The notes under the pieces: generated by a model | Database searches by the model: none | Seen by the model: the letters and a program-made list of their open reading frames with translations, nothing else | What the model was told of the DNA's origin: nothing | From: Synechococcus sp. | GTDB lineage: Bacteria > Cyanobacteriota > Cyanobacteriia > PCC-6307 > Cyanobiaceae | DNA: 64,000 bases | Assembly (NCBI GenBank): GCA_047285305.1 | Contig: JBJBDL010000003.1 | Span: 288,001-352,000, forward strand | Direction of reading: 5' to 3' | Made by a program: the position numbers and the translations under genes | Part shown: positions 12,742-22,362 of the stretch, one piece after another | Position numbering within the stretch: position 1 is the first letter of the stretch | Layout of the letters: each line of letters starts with the position of its first letter

Positions 12742-13247
12742 GAGGGAACCCTCCTTCGCCAAAGGAGCAACTGCAACGACACCAACGCCGGCGCCAACAA
12801 AGCCGTCACCAGGGCCTGACACCAGAGGGTCTGCAGACCCCAGCTCTGGGTGAGGGGATCCAGCACCCCACCTTGATACCACCAGAGCTGAAGAATCAAC
12901 GACAAACCAAGACCCATGGACCCAAGCCAGGCCAACAAGCCCAAATTCAGGCTGCGTTGGATCGGTGCTGCACGCCACCCCAGCCGTCCCCACCACCAGC
13001 CCAGCAACAGCAGCGCCGGCACCTGACTAACACCACTCAGATTGAGACCATCCAGCACCAGCCCCAAAGCCACACCCGACAACGCCCCCGACACCGGACC
13101 ATCCACGAGAGCCCAGGGCAACAGCCAGAGCACAGCCCAGGCGGGACCAACCCCATCAATAGCCAACCAAGGTGGCGAAGCCAAGGCCAGAAAAGGAACC
13201 ATCAATCCCGAGGCCACACAAATCGGTTGTCGGTGCAGACGCGTCAT
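12738..13247 (-). CDS. mreD: Rod shape-determining protein MreD
   Basis: Very hydrophobic 169-aa protein following mreB-mreC. Confidence 0.8.
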   Translation of the reverse strand: MTRLHRQPICVASGLMVPFLALASPPWLAIDGVGPAWAVLWLLPWALVDGPVSGALSGVALGLVLDGLNLSGVSQVPALLLLGWWWGRLGWRAAPIQRSLNLGLLAWLGSMGLGLSLILQLWWYQGGVLDPLTQSWGLQTLWCQALVTALLAPALVSLQLLLWRRRVPS

Positions 13248-13261
13248 ATCAGTGGTTCATC

Positions 13262-14008
13262 TCAACGGGTCTGCACTTGCACCCAGTCGATCGCCTCCGG
13301 TGCTGCAATCAACTGGACTACCGCTACGGGCGCAGGAACAGACTGTTCATCCACCGACTGGATCACCCCCACCGGAACGTTGGGGGACAACAGGGTGCTG
13401 GCCGGAGACGTGGCCACCAGATCCCCAGGACGCACATCTGGGTCCTTGTCGATGAAACGAAGGGACAGACGGCTGCTGCCGTGGCCCACAAGCAATCCGT
13501 GGTGGCGGCTGCGGGGCAGCCAGACGCCGATCTCATGGCCCGGGGCAGTTAGCAACTTCACCCGCGCCGTGGCGGGGGTAACACTTTCGATGCGGCCCAC
13601 CAAACCGCCAGGGCCAAGAACCGCATCGCTCCGACCGATGCCCTGCAGCGAGCCCTTGCCCAGTTGCAATTGCTGCCACCACCCCCGCGACGAGCGGGAG
13701 ATCACGGCAGCCGAAACGTTTCCTCGCGCTGATCCTTGTTGCTGTAACTCCAGCAGAGCGCGCAAGCGACGGTTGTCATCTTCCAGCAGCTGAAGACGAG
13801 ACCGCTCCTCCAAATCCGTTGCAGCCATGACCCATTCCCGCTGGGCAGAACCAGGCCAGAACGGACGGCTGAGCAGGGCATAGGCATCAGTGAAACCAGC
13901 ACCCTTGCTCAGACGCACCATGAGAAGCCCTGCTACAAGCAGCAGCCAGGGGGTGAGTTGCCACAATCCGCGCCAGCGGCTCTTGCTGGGACGGAGCGTC
14001 GGGGCCAT
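13262..14008 (-). CDS. mreC: Rod shape-determining protein MreC
   Basis: TM plus coiled coil (LEDDNRRLRALL), GLVGRI, GDLVATS, PVGVI. Confidence 0.92.
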   Translation of the reverse strand: MAPTLRPSKSRWRGLWQLTPWLLLVAGLLMVRLSKGAGFTDAYALLSRPFWPGSAQREWVMAATDLEERSRLQLLEDDNRRLRALLELQQQGSARGNVSAAVISRSSRGWWQQLQLGKGSLQGIGRSDAVLGPGGLVGRIESVTPATARVKLLTAPGHEIGVWLPRSRHHGLLVGHGSSRLSLRFIDKDPDVRPGDLVATSPASTLLSPNVPVGVIQSVDEQSVPAPVAVVQLIAAPEAIDWVQVQTR

Positions 14009-14012
14009 CGCT

Positions 14013-15071
14013 TCAGACGCCTGCCGCAGTTCGGACGAATTCCGGGGTATCCACCACCCGCTGCAAGCGTTTCCAGTCCTCCAGCACCTGACCACATCCG
14101 TTCACCACACAGAGCAGAGGGTCTTCGGCAATGTGCACAAAGATGCCGGTCTCATGGCTGATCAGGTCGCTGATGCCCCGGACCAAGGCACCACCGCCAG
14201 CCAGCATGATGCCGCGGTCGACGATGTCGGCTGCCAGCTCAGGGGGTGTGCGCTCCAGGGTGCGCTTCACCGCCTCGACAATCACATTGAGGGGTTCAGC
14301 GATAGCTTCCCGCAGATCACCGGCCTTGAGATTGATGGTGCGCGGCAAACCAGAGAGCAGGTGCAGACCCCGCACATCCATGGACTGCTGATCGAACTCG
14401 TCGTCGGGGAAGGCGGAGCCGATCCTGATCTTGATTTCCTCGGCCGTACGTTCACCCACCACCATGTTGTGGACCTTTTTGAGGTAAACGCTGATGGAGT
14501 CGCTGATCTCATCGCCGGCAACCCGAACAGATTCACTCAGAACCGTTCCGCCCAGGCTCAACACCGCCACCTCAGTGGTGCCTCCGCCGATATCAACCAT
14601 CATCGTTCCAACTGGCTCGGTGACCGGAAGGCCAGCGCCAATGGCGGCTGCCACCGGCTCATCAATCAGATGCACCTCACGGGCCCCAGCCATGCCCGCC
14701 TCACGAACTGCGCGACGCTCGACACCGGTCACACCACTTGGAATGCCAACCACGAGCCGAGGGGCAATGATGCCACGGCCCTCATTGCCTTTGGTAATGA
14801 AAGTTTTGAGCATCTGCTCAGCGGCATCAAAATCGGCAATCACCCCATCGCGCAACGGGCGGACGGCCCGAATGTTTCCAGGGGTGCGGCCAAGCATCAA
14901 CTTGGCCTCATCACCCACAGCCATGGTGGTGCCACGCTCGAGATCAAGAGCAACTACTGAGGGCTCCTGCAGCACGATGCCCCGACCAGAAACGTAGATC
15001 AGGGTGTTGGCGGTGCCCAGGTCGATGCCGATGTCGCGCGACAGCTGGAAACGACGAAAGAACACAGACAT
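14013..15071 (-). CDS. mreB: Rod shape-determining protein MreB
   Basis: DIGIDLGTANT, RPLRDGVIADF, DIGGGTTE, LAGGGAL; start could be 15065 or 15071. Confidence 0.98.
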   Translation of the reverse strand: MSVFFRRFQLSRDIGIDLGTANTLIYVSGRGIVLQEPSVVALDLERGTTMAVGDEAKLMLGRTPGNIRAVRPLRDGVIADFDAAEQMLKTFITKGNEGRGIIAPRLVVGIPSGVTGVERRAVREAGMAGAREVHLIDEPVAAAIGAGLPVTEPVGTMMVDIGGGTTEVAVLSLGGTVLSESVRVAGDEISDSISVYLKKVHNMVVGERTAEEIKIRIGSAFPDDEFDQQSMDVRGLHLLSGLPRTINLKAGDLREAIAEPLNVIVEAVKRTLERTPPELAADIVDRGIMLAGGGALVRGISDLISHETGIFVHIAEDPLLCVVNGCGQVLEDWKRLQRVVDTPEFVRTAAGV

Positions 15072-15207
15072 CGCGGCCAAGACCGCCGGATCATAGGGGC
15101 GTTCTCAGCGGTTGCCAGTTGCACCCAGCGGCTTAGGTGGAACTCCTTAAAAGCAGTCACCTAATCCGTGCCGCATCATGAGTTCAAATTCAGGAGATGA
15201 AGTGTCT

Positions 15208-15585
15208 ATGGGCGTTAATTCCGTCACACTCGTCGGCCGTGCCGGCCGAGATCCCGAAGTGCGTTACTTCGAGTCCGGGAACATGGTGGCCAACCTCACC
15301 ATGGCAGTGAACCGTCGCAGCCGCGACGATGAACCCGACTGGTTCAACCTGGAGATCTGGGGCAAGCAGGCCCAGGTTGCTGCGGATTACGTGAAGAAGG
15401 GATCCTTGCTCGGCATCATCGGCAGCTTCAAGCTTGACCGCTGGACCGACCGTGCCAGCGGGGAAGAGCGCAGCAAGCCCGTGGTCCGTGTGGATCGGCT
15501 CGAACTGCTGGGATCCAAACGAGACAACCAGGAGGCCGCCGGCAGCTTTGGTGGCCAGGCCTCCGATGAGGACATCCCCTTCTGA
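15208..15585 (+). CDS. ssb: Single-stranded DNA-binding protein
   Basis: NSVTLVGRAGRDPEVRYF; acidic C-terminal DEDIPF tail. Confidence 0.97.
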   Translation: MGVNSVTLVGRAGRDPEVRYFESGNMVANLTMAVNRRSRDDEPDWFNLEIWGKQAQVAADYVKKGSLLGIIGSFKLDRWTDRASGEERSKPVVRVDRLELLGSKRDNQEAAGSFGGQASDEDIPF

Positions 15586-15618
15586 GCTTCCTACCCAGGT
15601 CAACCCCAGCGCCGGTTC

Positions 15619-16278
15619 TCAGTCGGATGACTGAAGCCGGCGCCAAATGCGCAGACCCAACCAAATCGCGCCCGCCAGCAGCGACACCACCAGCAACCCC
15701 TTGACGGCCTTGGAGACTGGGTCAATCCAGAGCTCAACGTTGCTGTAGCTCTCGCCGAGAACCATGCCCGCCACAGTGAGCACGGCCGTCCAGATCAGGC
15801 TGCCGGCGGTGGTCCAGACCAGAAACGGCGCCATCGGCATCATTTCAATGCCTGCTGGGACCGAGATCAACGTGCGAATTCCAGGCACCAATCGCCCCCA
15901 GAACACCAGGGTGGTGCCATAGCGGCTGAACCAGCGACGGCTGCGGGCCAACTCATCGGCACTGATGCCAATCCAGCGACCGTGGCGTTGCAACCATGCA
16001 TCGATCCTTCCCTCGTTGATGAACCGTCCGATCCCGTACCAAGGCAGGGCACCGAACACCGTGCCCAGCAAACCAGCCAGCACAACGGGCACCAGATCCA
16101 GCTGACCCTGCTGCACATAGAAGCCCCCGAGGGGCATGATCAACTCGGACGGAATCGGTGGGAACAGATTTTCAAGAAACATCGCCGCGAAAATCGCGGT
16201 GTAACCCAGCCACTGATTCGCCTCCACCGCCTGGCCGATCAACTCCGGCAGTTGTGTGATCAGATCAGAAAGCCCCAT
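15619..16278 (-). CDS. dedA: DedA family membrane protein
   Basis: ENLFPPIPSELI, GRLVPGIRTLISVPAG. Confidence 0.93.
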   Translation of the reverse strand: MGLSDLITQLPELIGQAVEANQWLGYTAIFAAMFLENLFPPIPSELIMPLGGFYVQQGQLDLVPVVLAGLLGTVFGALPWYGIGRFINEGRIDAWLQRHGRWIGISADELARSRRWFSRYGTTLVFWGRLVPGIRTLISVPAGIEMMPMAPFLVWTTAGSLIWTAVLTVAGMVLGESYSNVELWIDPVSKAVKGLLVVSLLAGAIWLGLRIWRRLQSSD

Positions 16279-16348
16279 GGAGACTGCGCTTGATAGCGCA
16301 AGTCTTCCATGGGGCCGTGAAAATCAGATTCCTATCCGCTGACAGTGA

Positions 16349-17779
16349 TCAATAGCGATAGTGATCGGGCTTAAAGGGACCTTCAACAGGCACATTGATG
16401 TAGTCGGCTTGATCCTTGCTGAGCTCGGTGAGCTTGGCGCCGATACGACCGAGGTGAAGGCGAGCAACCATCTCATCGAGATGCTTGGGCAGCACGTACA
16501 CCTCCTTGGCGTACTCATCGCCCTTGGTGAACAGCTCAATCTGCGCCAACACCTGGTTGGTGAAGGAGTTGCTCATCACAAAGCTGGGGTGACCGGTAGC
16601 GCAGCCCAGGTTCACCAGGCGGCCTTCGGCCAGCAGGATGATTTTGTTACCGCTGGGCAGGGTGATGTGATCCACCTGCGGCTTGATGTTCTCCCACTCG
16701 TACTGCTTGAGGGAGGCGACATCGATCTCGTTATCGAAGTGACCGATGTTGCAGACGATGGCTTCATCTTTCATCTTCACCAGGTGCTCATTACGGATTA
16801 CCTGGTAGTTGCCGGTGGCGGTCACGAAAATATCCATGTCTTCGACCACGTCTTCGAGACGGACGACGCGGTAGCCCTCCATAGCGGCCTGCAGTGCGCA
16901 GATCGGGTCCACTTCCGCAATGCAGACGGTTGCACCGAGTCCACGAAGGGACTGGGCAGAACCCTTGCCAACATCGCCGTAGCCGATCACCAAGGCTTGC
17001 TTACCCGCCACCATCACATCAGTGGCGCGCTTGATGCTGTCCACCAATGACTCGCGACAGCCATAGAGGTTGTCAAACTTGCTTTTGGTGACCGAGTCAT
17101 TGACGTTGATGGCGGGGAAAGGCAACTCACCGCTCTTCTGCATCTTGTAGAGACGCGCCACACCTGTGGTGGTCTCCTCGGTGACGCCCTGGATCTGGGC
17201 TTTGGTACGGGAATAGAAGCTCGGGTCCTGGGCCAGTTTCTTCTTGATCGAAGCGAAGAGGAAGGTCTCCTCTTCGTTCCCAGGGTTGTCCAAAACAGTG
17301 ATGTCATGCTCGGCCTTACTGCCCAGCATGACCAAACCGGTGGCATCGCCACCGTCATCCAAAATCATGTTGGGGGAGCCGCCATCACCCCACTCGAGGA
17401 TGCGGTGAGTGTAGTCCCAGTAGTCCTCAAGAGTCTCACCCTTGACCGCGAAAACCGGAATGCCCTGAGCGGCGATGGCTGCAGCGGCGTGGTCCTGGGT
17501 GGAGAAGATGTTGCAGGAGGCCCAGCGAACTTCGGCCCCTAGTTCAACCAGGGTCTCGATCAAGACCGCGGTCTGAATCGTCATATGTAGGGAACCAGCG
17601 ATGCGCGCACCCTTGAGGGGCTTATTGGCGCCATATTTTTCGCGCAGAGCCATAAGACCGGGCATCTCGGTCTCGGCAATGTCGAGCTCCTTACGGCCGT
17701 ATTCAGCCTGATTGATGTCTGCAATGACGTATTCAACGCATTGCTCTAGCTGAGCCGCGAACTGGGACGCTGCCACCAT
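16349..17779 (-). CDS. ahcY: Adenosylhomocysteinase
   Basis: [52 protein letters not shown]; start MVAASQ at 17779. Confidence 0.98.
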   Translation of the reverse strand: MVAASQFAAQLEQCVEYVIADINQAEYGRKELDIAETEMPGLMALREKYGANKPLKGARIAGSLHMTIQTAVLIETLVELGAEVRWASCNIFSTQDHAAAAIAAQGIPVFAVKGETLEDYWDYTHRILEWGDGGSPNMILDDGGDATGLVMLGSKAEHDITVLDNPGNEEETFLFASIKKKLAQDPSFYSRTKAQIQGVTEETTTGVARLYKMQKSGELPFPAINVNDSVTKSKFDNLYGCRESLVDSIKRATDVMVAGKQALVIGYGDVGKGSAQSLRGLGATVCIAEVDPICALQAAMEGYRVVRLEDVVEDMDIFVTATGNYQVIRNEHLVKMKDEAIVCNIGHFDNEIDVASLKQYEWENIKPQVDHITLPSGNKIILLAEGRLVNLGCATGHPSFVMSNSFTNQVLAQIELFTKGDEYAKEVYVLPKHLDEMVARLHLGRIGAKLTELSKDQADYINVPVEGPFKPDHYRY

Positions 17780-17810
17780 GGTTTTAGTACTCCCTATGGG
17801 AAACGTGGAG

Positions 17811-18302
17811 TTGAATCTCTGCAGAGACGCCGAGGCTTCGGGCTCGCCAGGAAGCGACTCTACTGGTCGATGCTGGTTACTCGAGACCCTCGAAACAACG
17901 AAAACTCTGGGTCGAGCTCTAGCGCAGGGTCTACCAACGGGAGCAATCCTTCTGCTTAGCGGCCCCTTGGGAGCCGGCAAAACATGTCTTGTGCAAGGTC
18001 TAGCTGAAGGATTGGGAATCGTCGAACCAATTACCAGTCCGACCTTTGCCTTGTCACAACACTACCCCCAAGGCACGCCGAAACTGGTTCACATTGATCT
18101 ATATCGCCTAGATGAAGCTGTATCTGCAGACGAACTGTTTTTGCAAGAAGAAGAAGAGGCACGCAGTGCAGGTGCATTCATGGCAGTGGAGTGGCCAGAA
18201 CGACTAGGGATCGATCTGCCAGAGGCATGGCGCCTCGAATTGCAATACAAGAATGAGAGACGAATGGCTCAACTATTTCCTCCTAGGAAGGCCATCACCT
18301 GA
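17811..18302 (+). CDS. tsaE: tRNA threonylcarbamoyladenosine biosynthesis ATPase TsaE
   Basis: [27 protein letters not shown]; start uncertain (17796 or 17811). Confidence 0.92.
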   Translation: MNLCRDAEASGSPGSDSTGRCWLLETLETTKTLGRALAQGLPTGAILLLSGPLGAGKTCLVQGLAEGLGIVEPITSPTFALSQHYPQGTPKLVHIDLYRLDEAVSADELFLQEEEEARSAGAFMAVEWPERLGIDLPEAWRLELQYKNERRMAQLFPPRKAIT

Positions 18303-19252
18303 GACTCAGTGGGCTGAGGATCAATGCCGCCAGCACCTGTGCAAACCAGTGCGCCGCACGCAACGGCAAAGCGAATACGTTGAACTTCCGGGAGGGACCA
18401 GCAATGCAAGAGACCGGCAGTGAATGCATCTCCGGCACCAGTCGTATCGACAACGGTGGGTGGGTGAAAAGAAGTCTGCTGACCTGACTCAGTACCAAGT
18501 TGCCATCGGATGGGGGACGATCCATCTGTAACAACAACATCAGGGCGCTGGGGCAGGGACTGTTGGATCACTCCCGGATCATCAACATTGAAAAACCAAA
18601 GCGCTTCCTGACGTGAAAGCTTGATGAGAGAGGCAATGGCAAGAAGTGGTTGGATGATTAATTTGGCAGATGAAGAGGGTCCTGCGTCAAAATCTGCACT
18701 TGAATCCCAGAATGTTGGGCGCCAATTTACATCTAAGGCAATCCGTAGTCCGGCATCTTGAGACTGCTTTACAGCCCAGCGTAAAACCTCAGCGGAGGAT
18801 GGTGAGGAAAGAGGAATAGTCCCGAGGAGAAGCCACTGAGCATCTTCGGAAAGATCAGGCCAAACCGCCTGAAGTTCCGAACAATCAAGTGCTTCATCAG
18901 AAAAACCTAAGCCTTGGTCCCCAACAAAACCATGAAAAACACGTTCACCATCGATGAAGCGACGAACCTGGACGATACGTGTAGGACGTAAAGAATCACG
19001 CTGTAGACCCAAAGGAACTACACCGCGGTTAGCCATCAAATTAGCCAATGAATCACCAATCGCATCGCGACCTAATCGCCCGACAAAAGCAACAGGTGTT
19101 CCTAGGCGAGCCAATCCACAAGCAACATTTGCGGGTGCTCCACCAACTCGGTCATCAAATTGATTAAGAGCTGCCGAAGAGGGATCTATGCCTGGGGCAA
19201 ATAAACGATCAACAAGTCCTTCACCCAGACAAACTACTTTTGGTGGAAGCAT
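18269..19252 (-). CDS. PfkB family carbohydrate kinase
   Basis: GGAPANVACGLARLG, DVNWRPTFW, DTTGAGDAF. Confidence 0.93.
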   Translation of the reverse strand: MLPPKVVCLGEGLVDRLFAPGIDPSSAALNQFDDRVGGAPANVACGLARLGTPVAFVGRLGRDAIGDSLANLMANRGVVPLGLQRDSLRPTRIVQVRRFIDGERVFHGFVGDQGLGFSDEALDCSELQAVWPDLSEDAQWLLLGTIPLSSPSSAEVLRWAVKQSQDAGLRIALDVNWRPTFWDSSADFDAGPSSSAKLIIQPLLAIASLIKLSRQEALWFFNVDDPGVIQQSLPQRPDVVVTDGSSPIRWQLGTESGQQTSFHPPTVVDTTGAGDAFTAGLLHCWSLPEVQRIRFAVACGALVCTGAGGIDPQPTESQVMAFLGGNS

Positions 19253-19360
19253 AAGGTGTCAGAAAACAGTAGGTAGCTGATAAGGTTGGATAGAGACCAA
19301 AGCAACGACAGGAACCAGATGCTTTAAGGTAGTAGGGTAAAGGTAGACCCATAGGCCGAA

Positions 19361-20851
19361 ATGACGGGAGACAAAGAGAAAATATTTCATCCTGCCTCAG
19401 ACTTAGCAAAAAAAGCTTGGGAACAAAGAAAGCTGATAAGACAGTTTATTCTTGATCATCCAAAGTCTGGAATAGCGCTATTGAAGGAAAAATTCAGATT
19501 TGGAAGCGAAAACGAATTATGGGACGAATATATCTTCAATATAATGGTAAGGCCATGTTTGGAACAATGCTGCGCGGCACCTTTAAAAGAGGCGGTAAAC
19601 AAGTATGCAAAGATTGACGAGTCATTGTTCATTCCTTACATAAGAAGAGAAGAGGACCCAAAGAGATTTGAACGTGCATTTTGGAATGTAAACAAATATG
19701 GGCTGAGGATCAGCGAGAGAATACAGAACGAGATAGAGATAGATGCCAAAAAGAAAGAAAAAAATAGCAAGAAAAATATGTGCATACTATTCAAGGGAAA
19801 ACTAGTTTTAGCGCATACCGAGTTCTTGATAGCATTCTTGATTGGATGCAAACATTTTAAAGATACGGTGGATATTACGATAGTGCTACTAGACGACGAT
19901 GGGAGGTCACTTGAAAACCTAAATCACATAAAAGTCAAAAGCCTAATTAAAGAAAAAGATACATATTCGAAACTTAAGAAGGTAATGACCCTTTGCAAGG
20001 AAGAATGCTATGACAGCACAGTATGGGTAGCTTGTGTTCAACACCTAGCACTATACATGGGCATGAATAGAACTAGATCACAGGCGTACTGGTCTATGAA
20101 ATATCATAGTATTGTGATGCCAACACTAGACAAATATGCAGCGATTGGATTCGGGGGGGAAAGTTTTGTTTATGGGAATACTGAATGGTACAGAGGAAGA
20201 GCATTTCCTTACCTAAAGAAAACCATGGTGTCAAAAGATAAAAAGGAAGCTCTGAAAAGGAAACTTGGTATCACAGAACACTCAAAAGTTGTAGGATGTT
20301 TCGTGCGTGAGGAAAAGACACATGGGAGAGAATTTTGGGAAGGAATCAAAGAACTCCTTACAAAGAAAAAAGATCTAGTATTTGTATTAGCATCCCAGTC
20401 ACTTAACAAGATGTCAGAAATAATCACAAGCGACTTGGAAGTAAACAGCAGGTTTAAGTACGTTGGATGGGTTAACACAAAATTCATAGTACATATTCTG
20501 GATCTATACTTTGACAGCTATCCAAGGGGATCGTGCAACACAATCTTTGAAGCAATACAGGCAAACAAACCGATAGTCATGACAGACACCGAATTAAACA
20601 GAGAATCTTCGGCTTTGATATATCTTCAAAGCGCCAGGGGCAATACAAGAGTAGAGGGAGTTTCTGAAAATTTCAGGGATCAAATCAATGAATCCCTAAA
20701 AATATTAGACGATAAAAAATACAGAGAAAGAATTAAGAAACAACAATACCAACTCTTCGAGAAGCTGAATGGGCAACAAGTACTTTTCGCAAAAGACTAT
20801 CTTCAATATTTCATGGATATTGAACTTTCTATTAGAAAGAAAGCATCATGA
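19361..20851 (+). CDS. Putative GT41 (OGT/SPINDLY/HMW1C-like) glycosyltransferase
   Basis: C-terminal VVGCFVREEK..EFW and YVGW..LDLYFDSYPRGSCNTIFEAIQANKPIV resemble the GT41 FGxFN..K and DxxLDTFPY.G.TT..EAL..GVPVV motifs. Confidence 0.55.
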   Translation: MTGDKEKIFHPASDLAKKAWEQRKLIRQFILDHPKSGIALLKEKFRFGSENELWDEYIFNIMVRPCLEQCCAAPLKEAVNKYAKIDESLFIPYIRREEDPKRFERAFWNVNKYGLRISERIQNEIEIDAKKKEKNSKKNMCILFKGKLVLAHTEFLIAFLIGCKHFKDTVDITIVLLDDDGRSLENLNHIKVKSLIKEKDTYSKLKKVMTLCKEECYDSTVWVACVQHLALYMGMNRTRSQAYWSMKYHSIVMPTLDKYAAIGFGGESFVYGNTEWYRGRAFPYLKKTMVSKDKKEALKRKLGITEHSKVVGCFVREEKTHGREFWEGIKELLTKKKDLVFVLASQSLNKMSEIITSDLEVNSRFKYVGWVNTKFIVHILDLYFDSYPRGSCNTIFEAIQANKPIVMTDTELNRESSALIYLQSARGNTRVEGVSENFRDQINESLKILDDKKYRERIKKQQYQLFEKLNGQQVLFAKDYLQYFMDIELSIRKKAS

Positions 20852-21765
20852 GATTAGTGGTTCTTGGTGGCGGTGGCTTTGTAGGATCATGCATTCACGA
20901 AATGCTGATTCATAGAGATATTGGTGGAATATTCATATCGCGAAATTTTTGCAAAGGACACAGTTGGCGGGGTGAAAATGTAGTCACAAAACAATGTGAT
21001 ATTGGTTCAATAGATCAAATCGCTTCAATAATTCACGATGAAGTGGATATTCTGTATATGGCAAATACGCCGTCACTCGAAAGTTATGAACATATATCGA
21101 CATCAAGGTGGACCGAGGGCATTGAGCGTATGGTGAAAACATTAGATGAGCTGTCTAAGTTGACATATGTGAAAATAAAATCAGTTGGATTAATTAGCTC
21201 AGCTGGAACAGTATATGGAAGTTCTCAAAATATACGAACAATAGAAAGCAAGTTAGAGCCAAAGTCATTCTATGGGCTCTATCACTGCCTTGCAGAAAAG
21301 GCATTACAATTTTGGTGCAATAGGAAGGGAATAGACTACAAAATTATGAGAGTAACCAATCCGTACGGCAAGGCTCAACTCAGATCAAGGCGTAAAGGGT
21401 TAATTGTGTCGCTATTAAAAACATTTGAAAATGGTAAGTATGTAGAAATAAGAGGAAACGGCCAACAAGTTAGGGACTATATATACGCAGAAGACTTAGG
21501 TGATTCTATAATCGATATGATGGAGAAAAAGGGTAGTAGTACAGTGAATTTGTGCAGTGGTTATGCAGCAAGTGGGATAGATATTGTGAATGCAATTGAA
21601 AGAGTGACTGGAAAAACCCCTTTATACAAACTCAGCTCGATTGAATATGAGTTTGAAGTAAGTAAAAATATAGTTGCATCCATGGCAACTAAAACAATAT
21701 TAGATAGAGGCGGATACCTAAACTTAGAACAGGGCATAGAGAAAGTATACAATTCAACCCAATGA
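20848..21765 (+). CDS. NAD-dependent epimerase/dehydratase (extended SDR)
   Basis: GGGGFVG, SSAGTVYG, RVTNPYG, VRDYIY; ATGA overlap with the upstream gene. Confidence 0.88.
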   Translation: MRLVVLGGGGFVGSCIHEMLIHRDIGGIFISRNFCKGHSWRGENVVTKQCDIGSIDQIASIIHDEVDILYMANTPSLESYEHISTSRWTEGIERMVKTLDELSKLTYVKIKSVGLISSAGTVYGSSQNIRTIESKLEPKSFYGLYHCLAEKALQFWCNRKGIDYKIMRVTNPYGKAQLRSRRKGLIVSLLKTFENGKYVEIRGNGQQVRDYIYAEDLGDSIIDMMEKKGSSTVNLCSGYAASGIDIVNAIERVTGKTPLYKLSSIEYEFEVSKNIVASMATKTILDRGGYLNLEQGIEKVYNSTQ

Positions 21766-22305
21766 TATTTAATAATAAAAACTAATTTACAAGAAAGAGA
21801 ATCTTCAATTGACAGCTGGCATCAGTTAAGATAAAAAGCAAGGGATACAAGAAAAGATTAGCTTTTTCCAGGAAAAAACAGAGTAGAGTGGTAAATAAAG
21901 GAAATAATAGAAAGAATACATAAGCCAAACTGCGACAACAAGGATAAAGTTTGAAAGTATCAATGAAAGAAAGGAAAAAAGAAGCCCATAGCAGGGCGGA
22001 GCAGTGGCAATTGTATCAAGAATAGATTATAGAGAAAGCAAGGACAGACACACAATACTGAGTAATGAAAACGGAGAAAATAATGGTAAGCAGAGGGGTC
22101 GATGTTGAAACAAGATACGGAAAGATAATGAATTAGTACAAGCAAAGAAGAGATAAAGCAAAAGCGGTTGTAAACAAGGGTCACGTGAATAAGGTAAAAA
22201 TAATCCGCACGGTGCGGTAGGAAATATAAAAGAAGAACTAGTTATAGAAAGAGAGAAGATATAACAATTAAAAAAACAAACGGTATATAAACCGAATAAT
22301 AAGGC

Positions 22306-22335
22306 AAAAAAAAACTCCCCCCTAAAAGGGGGGAG
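22306..22335 (-). terminator. Rho-independent terminator of the RTX protein gene
   Basis: Perfect 9-bp stem CTCCCCCCT-AAA-AGGGGGGAG (22315-22335), followed on the minus strand by 9 U; 27 nt after the stop codon. Confidence 0.9.
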
Positions 22336-22362
22336 AGATTTGTGAAAGTTGATAGCTGAGTA

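Noticed and set aside
17780..17870. Possible SAH riboswitch upstream of ahcY
   Set aside because: Could not match the SAH aptamer consensus on the ahcY strand, and the region overlaps the tsaE 5' end; an Infernal search would settle it
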